Made by a program: the position numbers and the translations under genes. 64,000 nt of DNA from Ramazzottius varieornatus (lineage: Eukaryota; Animalia; Tardigrada). Location of the stretch: the NCBI GenBank assembly GCA_001949185.1, contig BDGG01000002.1, positions 248,001 through 312,000 on the forward strand, read 5' to 3'. The notes below the pieces were generated by a model, which made no database searches, was not told the origin of the DNA, and saw only the letters and a program-made list of their open reading frames with translations. This document shows, piece by piece, positions 48,132-58,971 of this stretch (position 1 is the stretch's first letter; each line of letters opens with the position of its first letter).

Positions 48132-51100
48132 TAGACCTAGCAATGGTATGGTTTTACCACACCACACCGAAAAAAACCACACTTTTCGGTTTCGGTGTGC
48201 GTAAAACACCAAACCGAAAAAAGTGGTGTCCGTTTTACACCGAATCTTCGGTTTCGGTGTTCGAGGACACCACATCACACCAAACCGAAAAACTTTCGGT
48301 GTACCGGTGTTAAATAATAAAACAAATAAATAAGACCATTACCGCAAATCCTCGACTACGCTCGGTAGTTGATTGACACACCGTGTTGATTATTTCGTGC
48401 TGCAGAGACCCATAATCTGACAGATGCGGGGTGTTTTCCTATGGATGTGTACCTTTCTGTCCTTTATCGAACTTTCGCCCATATCCTTTGAACTCAGCTA
48501 GGTAGCATGTTTCGAAATAGGTTAACGTGGGACCAAGAGCTGGAGCAAATTCGTGCGGAGAGCGAAAAGAGGGATGGCTCACGACGCGAAAGCGATGATG
48601 GCGAAATGGCCGACACCGATGTGCTAATGGATACTGTCTCAGCTGCCTCGCCGTTCCCGTCTCCAAGTACACCGACGTCGACTGTCAAAAGCAAGAAGAG
48701 TGCGAAAGATGTGAAACATCGAGCGCCTGTCTACAAGTACTGGAAGCATTATGAAAGAGCCAAGAAGTTCAAGTGTGGCTTTGGTAACTGCTCGCAGACG
48801 TACGCGTACAGCAATTCCAGCTCTGTACTATCAACTCATACCAAGGGTTGTCATCGAACCGACTGGGAGAAAGCAGAAGGAAAGACGGCCAACTCCACCA
48901 GCTCACAATCAGCAGCAGTCCCGAAAGTCTTTCAGCCCGTCGTACCAAAAATGAGCCGTAAAGTGCAGCGAGCGCTTGACGATCGACTCAAGCGACTCAT
49001 CACAGGCGGAAATCTACCCTTCGCTCTTGTGGACTATCCTAATTCATAGAGTTTGCCCGAGCTTTGAATCCTTTGTACGAAGACCCCAGCAGGAACACAT
49101 TGAAAGCCTGGCTTGTTGCGGATTTCGGGAAGTACAGGCAGAAGGCAAGCCCTACTGCTTGAAAGTAATTTTACTCTGGACTCATTTAACATTTGGTCAT
49201 AGTGCAATTTGTTTTCTAGGTGAGGGGACAGTTGGCTAACGTACCCGGCAGAATCTCCCTAGCATGATATCTATGGACGTCTGTAGCCCAGGAAGGATAC
49301 ATGATTACTGCACACTGAGTGACTTCTGAATTCGAGCTAGTGGAACTACTGCTCGGGTTTGTCAGCTTACCAGCAGAACATTCCGGAGAAGCTCTGAATG
49401 AAGAAGTCATGGCAATCTTAAGAGAGTACGGTATCGCGCACAAGACGTTCGGTTGGACCACGGATGGGGCTGCTAACATGAAAGCCTTTTTTAACGATAT
49501 AAAACCAGAACTTCAACTAGAACGCCAAAGCCAGAATGTCAATACACAAGGTACAACGTCACGAACCAGTTTCGTACGAGAAAAGTTCATAGACTAACTG
49601 GTTTTGGTAACTAAGACCTAATGTGCTGGAAAAATATTTTTTATTTGTTTTTTGCAGTGTCGGAATTCCGCCTACGATGTGTCTGCCATGTAATGAACAA
49701 CGTAGCGGAAGTTGGTGTCGAAGATGACCTGAAGATTGTGAGCCGAAAATGCGAAATTCGTACGAAAGCCTAAAGCAAAGAAGCAGTACATCGCGTTACG
49801 AGAGTCAGAGAAGGACAAGGACAAAGACAGGCACCTCAGACTACCCTTGGATGTCTCGACAAGATGGAACAGTACTCTACCAACGCTGCGCGGCGCTTAC
49901 GAGGCATGACATCATCTGAAAAGGTATGCTGCTACTTATGGTACCACCGCGTTCAAGAAGAATTTGCTCAAAGATTCCGAGTGGGAAGATGTGAGCCGTC
50001 TGATGAGTTTCCTGGTGCCGTTAGAGCAAGCTACTTACGACTGCTCGGCATCACGTTGTCCTACGTTTCACCTCGGCAAGCAGTGTCTTTCAATTCTCCA
50101 CGACCACTTCAAGGAAAAAATAGTTGAGTGAGAAAAGAGCTGCGTTAATTTGGGAAATGTGGTTTTACGTGTCCACTTTGGATCATGGATTCTCAAGTTA
50201 CTTTATTGGAACAAAACTATTTTTTCACGGAATTCAATCTGGTTATATATTCAAATCCGAATTGAAGTTGCTCTTCTTTCAGGTTAATTATTTTTCCTTA
50301 AGGGTAAGGATGAGCTTCCAAATTTACTAAATTGGTGTTTGTGCATGATAATCATTTGCAGAAACCCTATATCAAAAGAACTGCTGCGAAGATGGCAGCC
50401 AAGCTGACGTCAGTGGAGCCCGATAGTTGGCAGCAAGAAGCCGTAACCGTGGCTCTTCTTGCGGATCCATGCGTCAAAAAAAATGCCTTCGCGAATCCGG
50501 AAGAGAAGCTACAAGCTAAAGTGCTGAAGAAATACGCCGTTCTTTACTCAGATCAGAGTATCGGAATTCCGCACAGTTCCACTGTTACAAACTCACAGCC
50601 TGCATCTCTACGCGAGTCTTTCCTGCGAAAAATCACCAGCGGTTTGACTGCTCAACAGAACAAAGTCGACAGTTATCTCGGAAGCTCTGCGGAGCCAAAA
50701 TGTGACGTGCTGGCGTGGTGAAAGTCCCGCCGTAATGTCTTCCCTGTTTTATCTAAAATCGTAATAGACTTCATGGCTGTATCTGCATCTTCGGTACCAT
50801 CTGAACGTTGGTTTTCTCGCGCTGGCAAGGTTGTTACCAAGTATAGAAGTTCGCTTGGTAGTTTCACCGTGCAAGTTTCAATGTGTTTAAAATCTTGGTA
50901 TTTTTTTGAGTTTCCGTGTGCGGCGCAGTTTGATTTGTTGATGTCGAACTAATATTGAAAACTAGCTCTCAATAATTTTTCGGTTTTTCGATTTGGTATG
51001 GTGTGGTGTACGGAAAGTTTGGTGTGAGATTTGCACCACACTAGAAAAAGTGGTGCGACTTTCGCACCGAAAAAGGAATTTCGGTGTGGAGAAACACCAA

Positions 51101-51146
51101 ACCGAAAAACACCACACCACACTTCATCACACTTTTGCCAGGTCTA
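48132..51146 (+). mobile_element. Decayed full-length hAT transposon (BED finger, RNase H-like core, hAT dimerisation domain)
   Basis: Perfect 8-bp TSD GCCAGCCA (48124-31, 51147-54); imperfect TIRs TAGACCT(A/G)GCAA; subterminal ACACC/ACCGAAA arrays. Coding remnants YWKHY..C...C..HTKGCH, TTDGAANM, RLPLDVSTRWNS and SASSVPSERWFS are broken by stops and frameshifts. Confidence 0.92.
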
Positions 51147-52255
51147 GCCAGCCAACCGTAACTCCGATTACGCTACAGTATTTCTCGAAAATAAGGGGAG
51201 CTCCGGAAGGCAAGATGTAGCTTTACGACACGAAAGGGGCGGAGCAAGGCCGTAGCTACAGTTGCAAAGTGAACGGGAGTGGCCACTTAATCTCTATAAT
51301 CATCAAACAGTTGGTAACGTGTACGTGGTATAGACTTCCACACACAGACATCCGGTTCAAACTATGTCACTCACGCTTTTTGCAGCCCACCGGTTGCTTG
51401 TGTTTGGCGAGACGGTTTTTTTTTGTTGTTCGGATTCCTTGATTGAATGAAGAGCTCATCTTGAGTTTTGTTAGTGGATTACATCACATTACGTACTGTA
51501 TATCACCAACGTAAATTATATCGGTCCCACCTATTTGTTAGTGGAACGTAATCAATTAATCGCTCAGTCAGTGTGTTTGACGTTCCGGCAAGGCTCCCTT
51601 TAGCAGCTCATGTATGACCGGGAACAAGGAAAGGCTTCCCAACATCAAGTTACAGCCCACGGGAAGACGGCAATCAATCAATCAGAATTTTTCAGGCTCA
51701 AAAAACCGTTTCCGATGTTGTTCGAGCACCAGGTCTCCTGATTTGTTCGGACAGAATTTACGCACGGATGATCAAATTGTCAGTTTTAGTTTCTCTTGGC
51801 AGGTTGTACGAGGCAGCGGCGTTGTTTTTGATATATCAGGCTGGGGCCGCTGGGTGAATCATCCGTCCATCTCTGGGGACGGAAACGGAAATACAGATTC
51901 ACTGAAGCGAATTCCCTTCCCTCGATTTGCTAGATCCACTTTCTAGTTCCGCTTTCTCTTTGTCCGCGGTTTCAACTATAGGACAGGGGAACTCTGTTCG
52001 ATGCGTGTCTCCTAGGGCTTTCTTGGTCCAGTACCAGGAAGAGCATAACTGGATTTGCCTAGTTGACTTCGGTCCATTGGTTCAGGAAACGGAGGTTAGA
52101 GACAATAGTTTACTCAAGTCATCAGCAACAATTATCTTGCCTCTTCCGTCTCCCCTGGGCTGGTAGGCTGAATTCGGCTTCTGGCGTTGTCAAATTGCAT
52201 GAGTGCCTATTGTCTGTGAGGTGCTCACAGATGGTTATTCTTACAGACGTTGAGA

Positions 52256-53911
52256 ATGTCTTTCTTCCGTCGCAACTCCACGAAGCAGTCTTCCGAAGCT
52301 GCGTCAGAACCTCCGTCCCCATTACCAGCTCCCAAACGACTGACGACGCTGTCATCAGCGTCCAACTCCTCTCCACACTCACCGAATTCCAGTTCTGCAT
52401 CTACTGCATCAGCTGATGATAGCGAAAGCGGGTAAGCACAGTTCAGGCAGATATATGAACCCTGGTTCGGGTTCAGGTCTATTTCCGCCAATTTTGTGGG
52501 CTCGCCTCGAAGGACGCAATTGACGTCATGCGGTAGCATATTCTTGATTGCGGTAATCTTACATCATGCGCGACTTCATCGGCTAAGCTTGTCATGCAGC
52601 ATATTTTTGCAGTGCAACGATTTCGCTGGGAGCCGTGGAAGACCCTACCGTTCCTACGCCATGGTCTTTCGCCTTAGACTCGTCTTGGAAAGTATGGTTG
52701 ATGGCTACTCTGGTGCAGTTGTGAATTCTTCAAAGATGATTTCCACGCAATTTTTCTGCAGGAAATGGAAGGACGCATCGAACCCCCTAACGTGCGAGGA
52801 GATCGTCGTGAAGCGGAGGTACGCATAACCGAACGAGACTTTGGCCAAATAATGACGAAATTTCGGGCGCTATTCGCGTTGCAGATGATATTTGGAATCT
52901 AGACAAAAAACTCGGCAAGATCTAATTTGCGTAAGCGGCGCACGTATTCAACCAGTAACACTGAAACATTGCATCTCTCGAAAAAATAAAATCCGACAAG
53001 ATCGGTTTTTCACATGGCGCACTCTGTCATTTGGTAACACTGAAAGCGTGCGCCACTTGGGAAAATTAATGTTGTCGAGCTTGTTCGGCGGGCTACCATC
53101 TGGTTTTCTAACTGTATTCGTTCATCATTGTTAATCTTGGCAGATTGTTCGACCGACCACCGACTGTGGTCCCTACGACGCCAAGATTCTCATCTGCGCC
53201 GACTCGATCGGCAGACCGCTGGAGCTGAAGATCATGGAGATTTGCGGACTGACGGTTTACATCACAGCTTGGGGTGGCAAAACCATTGCCGATGTGCTGG
53301 AAAGGTCAGTCTTCCTTCGCTCCCGAGGTGTCGGAACAAAAGTCCTGGTTCTGATAGCCGGCACCAACGACATCTCCCAGCTGGTCTGCACTAACCCAGC
53401 CAAGTCAGCCTGTCCCACCTCCTGTCAGGAGGCTGCCAAGCAGCTGGTTAACCAGTACAGGTTCTTCCTCAAGCATAACTGTGATCGATATGATGTGGTT
53501 TTTCTCACTGAACTCCTTCCTCAGAAATGGGAGGATGAGGGTAAGCAGGCGTTAGCTACCATGCTGATAGAGTCTTTCAATAAGGAACTGGCCAACTTAG
53601 TGGCCGAGTATGAGTTTATGTTGTCGACCGATGATGAGAAGCGAGATCTTCAAATATTTCTAATTCCTGTCTATGATGAGTTTGATTTCGATGATCTCGA
53701 TGCGCTAAATAACGGCAAGGAGAGTTCCGTCCATCTCAAGTACGTCGGGCTGTCGTCCGAAAGAGCATTCCGCCGAAATCAGGCCGGCGGTGACGTGCAG
53801 AAGCAGAGACATCCCCGGGAAAAGTTTGCCACGGTTATTGGCGAGTTTCTGCAGAAGAAGCTCTGCAGCAATAGTCAGACGTTGGAAAAGAAACAGGACG
53901 AAAGTACATAA
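52256..53911 (+). CDS. Ser/Pro-rich N-terminus plus SGNH/GDSL-hydrolase-like domain, 4 coding exons
   Basis: Four exons (starting about 52256, 52613, 52762 and 53144) join in phase. SGNH blocks: ILICADSIG (I), WGG (II), LIAGTNDI (III), ESSVHL (V). Confidence 0.7.
52908..53083. repeat. N27 element dimer, SGNH-gene intron
   Basis: Both spacers are 27 nt; ends with TTGTCGAGCTTG. Confidence 0.8.
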
Positions 53912-54311
53912 TATTTCATTCATCACAACAAAAAGTTTGATTTTTTCCAGTAACGTGTTTGTTTTGTGTCGTTTTGAGGCGGAAGTCTGTTTGATCGATG
54001 AAATCCAATTCGTCACCTTCGGATTCTGTTTCCGATGAGGCCACCGCCGGAAAAGTTTGTCCTCTCGAGTAAACAGAGCACTTGATGAACTATGACTGTC
54101 ATCTGTACATTTTGCATACGTTGTAATTTCGCAAGGTGGTAACATAGCAAATCGATTTCTGTGCATGGAAGATGGCCGCCATGATCTTTACCAAAGTACA
54201 CGTCGTTGTGGTTTGCCGATGTGGTCCGCCGATAAGCCATGAAACTTGCGTCTTGGTTCAAAGTTGGAAAATAGGAGGAAATTGACGTAGCAAGCTAATC
54301 AGGTCTTGGCG

Positions 54312-56489
54312 ATGGAAAGAGGCATCATTATGTCGAGCTCGTCGGCGTGGTACGAATCCTGGTCTCCTGACGGAAGTGTCTACAACTGCTCATCCCTGAC
54401 CTTCGACGTCGGCTCCATGACCGACCCTAATGCTCAAGATATTCGCGTGGCCGCCGCTTTGGTCAGTAAATTCACTTTCCGTTGTTCGACAACATCTGCT
54501 TTCATATATTGCCTCTCGTTTCAGCCAGAACCGGCGTATCTGATGCGGGAAACCTTCTACGACGAACAAGGTGTCTGCGCTTCGGACGCCAAGGCTCGAC
54601 CTTCCAAAGTCTACTGGGGTGGTGTATGGATCTCCGTTCTTGCCAGAATCTGCCTTACAATAAATGCTCGGTAAGGCCAGCAAGGTCTGCTATGGATTTT
54701 ACTTTCTCTTGATGAAACCAGAATGCCGGATAACTCAGAATACCAGTTCTAAAGATCATAGACATATCGATTCGAAAGGTGCTTCCCGACATCCTATCAC
54801 GTTATTTTTCCATGTTACATATTTATTAAGAGATTAGAAAGAAAGTCATCTGAACGTTATTGACAGGTGTAAAATTTACGAAGCCATCGACCACAACGAC
54901 ACTTCCAACTACGGTGACAGCACGGCTCTGCGCGACGTGATGCAAGACAAGGCTGAAATCGCACTGACGCCACTGCTTATCACGCGAAGCCGATTCGGTT
55001 CCGGCAACTACTCCATCCTGGCCTCGCTAAAGAATAAATCTTACGCTCTAAGTATACAGTGAATATCCACTTAATTCTTGACTGCTTGAACCCTGACGTA
55101 ACCTTTCATGAACATGATATGCTCGTTAGCGTTGGGAGGTCGGCAAATGGCCCGAGCAGGAGCGTTTTCTTAAGTGGCGCACAATCGCGGCCAAAAACAA
55201 TGGGATCGTGCGCCAGATATCGATTATGCTCAATTCCTTTACCAACGACTCATATCTTTTATGTTGTTTAATCCTTAGTCTTGAACAAGAAGTACCTGAC
55301 GTTGGACTCTTCTGGCACCGAGCGGATCGTTGTCGGCAGCTTCACCCCCGACTCATGGCTGGGTATCGTAGCCTGCGTTCTAGTCATGTTCACTACTCTG
55401 TGCCTTTCTCAGAAGCTCCGCGAACTGTATTACAACAAGCATTTCACATGGAAGGAAACCATCAGCGATGTTTTTCAAGGCATCCTCGTCGGAGATTTTC
55501 GTAGGACGTTTTAAACCCCCTCCCTGTATACAAAACTGCTGTGGCAAAACTGAAACGTATTTTCAGCCGACGAAATTTGCGTCATCCGGGACACTCTGCC
55601 ATCGACGGCGACCCTGACAATTCTCTCGCTGATTTTCAGCTTGATCATCGTCAACTACATGAACGCCATTATTCCCTACCAACTAGCAGTCAGCGCCATG
55701 CTGGTTCCCCCCTTCTCCACTCTGCCCAATTTCTTGTCCAACCCGGACTTTGTGGCCTACGGTAACAAAGCCGTCCGCGAATCCATGTTGGTGCGTTTCT
55801 CTTTTGAATCTTGGTATGCCATACTAGAGTTGCCCACAGTTGGCTGCATCGACTGTGTTGTAGGATAGCAAAGACGAGGTGTTGCGTCAGTTCGCTACAA
55901 GGATGAACGCAATCAACAATAGTCAGAACTATTACGAGTTTATGACTCGCAACTCCAGCAGCAAAGAGGTCTACCTGGCACACAAGGAAGGCGAAATCCT
56001 ACTAGCCAACTACTCGTGCGACTTTGTCGAAGCGGTTCCCAACGTCCTGTCCTTGACCATTGCACCTTTGTGGTTCAAACGAGACAGTGACATATATTAC
56101 AAGTTCGCCCCAAGGTCAATTATTCACGAAAGTACAACGGTGACCTTTATTTAGAGCCGTAAATTTCCTTTAACAGGTTTGAAAGGTTGCTGTCGGAAAA
56201 GCTCGTCGATTCAGACCTAGGGTACTACCGCGAATCATCGTACGACGTTTTGCGGAGAGCCAACAAATCCAAGAACCTGTGTATTGCGAAACCCTTGCCG
56301 GGTAACCCGGATCTGGGCAACCGTGGGCTGAATTTGGTCGACTTGACTTTGCCCTTCGTCGGCATCATGCTCGTTAATATCGTGGCTTGTGTAGCCTTGC
56401 TGCTAGAAATTCTTGTTTATCGCTTTTCTCATCGAAGAATTCGGCCCATGACGGATCAAAGTAACTTAGATAGTTTGCACAGGCCATAA
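54312..56489 (+). CDS. Divergent ionotropic receptor (IR/iGluR-like), copy 1
   Basis: S1 AEIALTPLLITRSRF, pre-M1 SFTPDSW, M1, re-entrant segment, M3 IVNYMNAIIPYQLAV, PPFSTL, S2 CDFV, and M4 LNLVDLTLPF..LLLEI. Confidence 0.8.
55150..55245. repeat. N27 element monomer, IR copy 1 intron
   Basis: TAAGTGGCGCA-N27-TGCGCCAGAT. Confidence 0.75.
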
Positions 56490-56871
56490 CTGCCACGCCA
56501 TGACCTTGAAAATAGATGTTCTGCTGGATCTTTTAATCTCCTTTACGAATTTTCTGTACACGTCTAGCAGAAAGTGTTTGCTGATTTCGTGATTACCTTC
56601 CAGAGTAAACATGTATTACAAAGCTCCGTTAAGTAAGCTAGCCGTCCAGATTCACCCGAGTCTCAAGTTCTCATGCAGTTGAAGCAATCAGGTCGGATCA
56701 CTCTGTAGTGAGCCGAATTTTGTTGACAGCTGGCTGCAGCCGTCTCGAAGTGGATGTCGAAGCTGGTCCATATCGTGGATCTTTCAGCAAAGTTATAAGC
56801 TTCTATTGTTCCAGTAAGAGTTAGGCCTCAAATTCGGGTTGACAAGACCGCATCCTAGCTGCACAAGTACC

Positions 56872-58867
56872 ATGAACCAATCTTCAAGGGACGCTGAAAA
56901 GTGGCTGGAGCTATGGGGGCCTCATTCCAACTCGATCTTCAATTGTTCCACCAATACTTTTGACGTGGGCTGCGCTGACTGCAGTGACATCAGCATTGCA
57001 GTTCCTCAGGTATAACTCTCATTCTAATACGTAGGCGCTGATTACCCTATGAAGGTAAGCTTCTTTTTCGCAGATTGATCCACCGTGGATCCTGAAGACG
57101 ACGTTTCCGCAAGATGAGCCCTGCCGAGAAGGACCGACCAGAGTTTACTATGGAGGAGTTTGGATATATACACTGCAGAAAATCTGCATGGGCCTAAACT
57201 TCAGGTATGTTCTTATAAGACAGCATGGTGTGAGATACCGTTGGCTATGAATGGGAAACTGGGAGTGCGACAAAGATTTTTTCCGAAAGCGGCGCACTTT
57301 CTTGACGCTGCTGGCTAGAATTGTGCGCCAGTTGAATGGGCCATAATGTCATTCTTGATTCTTACCCCAAGTGGCGCACGTTTTCGGTGTTACTGACTAG
57401 TAGCATGCGCCCCTTGGTTCAGACGGTCTTGTTGAGCTTCCTGGGCCCTGGCCAATGTCCCCCGTGAATTTGTGGTTTCAGATGCAAACTGTACGAGCCG
57501 ACCTCGGCGCCTGACCCGTCTCCTTACGGAGACAGCTCGGTATTACGAGACATTGCCATGGGCCAGGCTCAGATGGGCATCCAAATGATGCTCATCACCA
57601 CTTCCAGATTCGCTAGCGGTAACTATTCCCTGATTCCTTCCTATATCGCAAAGAGCTACTCGCTGTTGATTCATAAGCGTCACCTGGTCTCCGACACCGC
57701 TACCGGCTCGCAGCGCATGATCTTCCAAACTTTCTCCCCGACGTCCTGGGCTGGTTTGGGCGTCATGCTGCTAATTATTTTCACTGCACTATCTCTATCG
57801 CAAAAGATGCGTATGTTGAAGTACAGAATCAAAGTTCGCTGGCGTGACATCTGGTTTGACGTTTTCATGGGAGTCCTCAACAATGACTGGCGTAAGACTG
57901 CAATCTCAAAGTCGCAACTGTGTGGCAATGTTGGGTGAAAGGCTCTGTCTTTTCACAGCCGAGCAAATGACGGGCTTCAAGCGAAATTTGGCCTCGTCCA
58001 TCACGCTCATCGTTGTCTCTGTACTATTCTCGCTGGTCGTCGTTACTTTGTTCAACGCCATGTTACCTTTGAAGTTAGCGACCAGTCCTTCGTCAAAACT
58101 TCCCTTCTCCACACTGGACGAGCTGCTGCAGATGGACTACAAAATTTACGGAAGTACGGCACTCAGAGAATCGCTCATGGTAATAAAGGGTGACGATACA
58201 AGTACAGTAGGGAATCAGAAGCGAGGAAACATCAGTGAGGGCCATGTTGCAGGAAAGCAAGAAGGAAGTCATTCAGCAGTTGGCCGCTAAGATGGAGGGT
58301 GTCAGTAACAACGTCGACTATTACGAGTTGGTCGGCAAGGATGCAGCTCCCCGAGCAGTCTACCTGGCCCACAAAGAAGGGCGATCGCTGCTGGCGCTGC
58401 TGCCCACCAACTGCTCCTGCAACTTCATCGAAGCCATTGCCCACGTCCAAGACTATCCCGTGGCACCATTCTGGTTCAAGAACGGCAGTCAGCTGCACAC
58501 CGACTTCAAGCGGCTGTAAGTCGGCTTTTTTCCTGCACCATCGAGACCAGTTAAAAGACTTGTCGATCGATACAGGTTCTACCATCTGGCCACACAAGGC
58601 ATATTCGACGGATCAATCCGATACTTTTCCCATTTCGTCAGCGAGGAACTGGTGCGCAATAACAAGTCCCTCAACTGCCTGCCAAGGCCGCTGCAACGTG
58701 AGACGGCCTTGGGAAATCGAGGTCTGCAGCTAGTTGACCTTTCCCTTCCCTTTATTTGCCTTTGTGGGGTTGAACTGGCTGCATCTGTGATAGCTTGCTT
58801 AGAATACCTCTCGGTAAGAAACGTCTGCATTTTCCGCTCGACAAAAGTCACTCCTTCATCTAGCTAG
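56872..58867 (+). CDS. Divergent ionotropic receptor, copy 2
   Basis: Paralogous exon by exon to copy 1 (TFDVG, YYGGVW, ITTSRF, TFSPTSW, LPFSTL, LQLVDLSLPF). Confidence 0.8.
57265..57437. repeat. N27 element dimer, IR copy 2 intron
   Basis: Both spacers are 27 nt. Confidence 0.8.
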
Positions 58868-58971
58868 CTAGCTGACAAGCAATAAAGTGCAGACCGCTTT
58901 GGGCAGCTGTAGGAATTGTTCTGGATCGCCACCCTCTACGCTCTTTCCGAGGTTTTTTTCATGTTGTTCGA

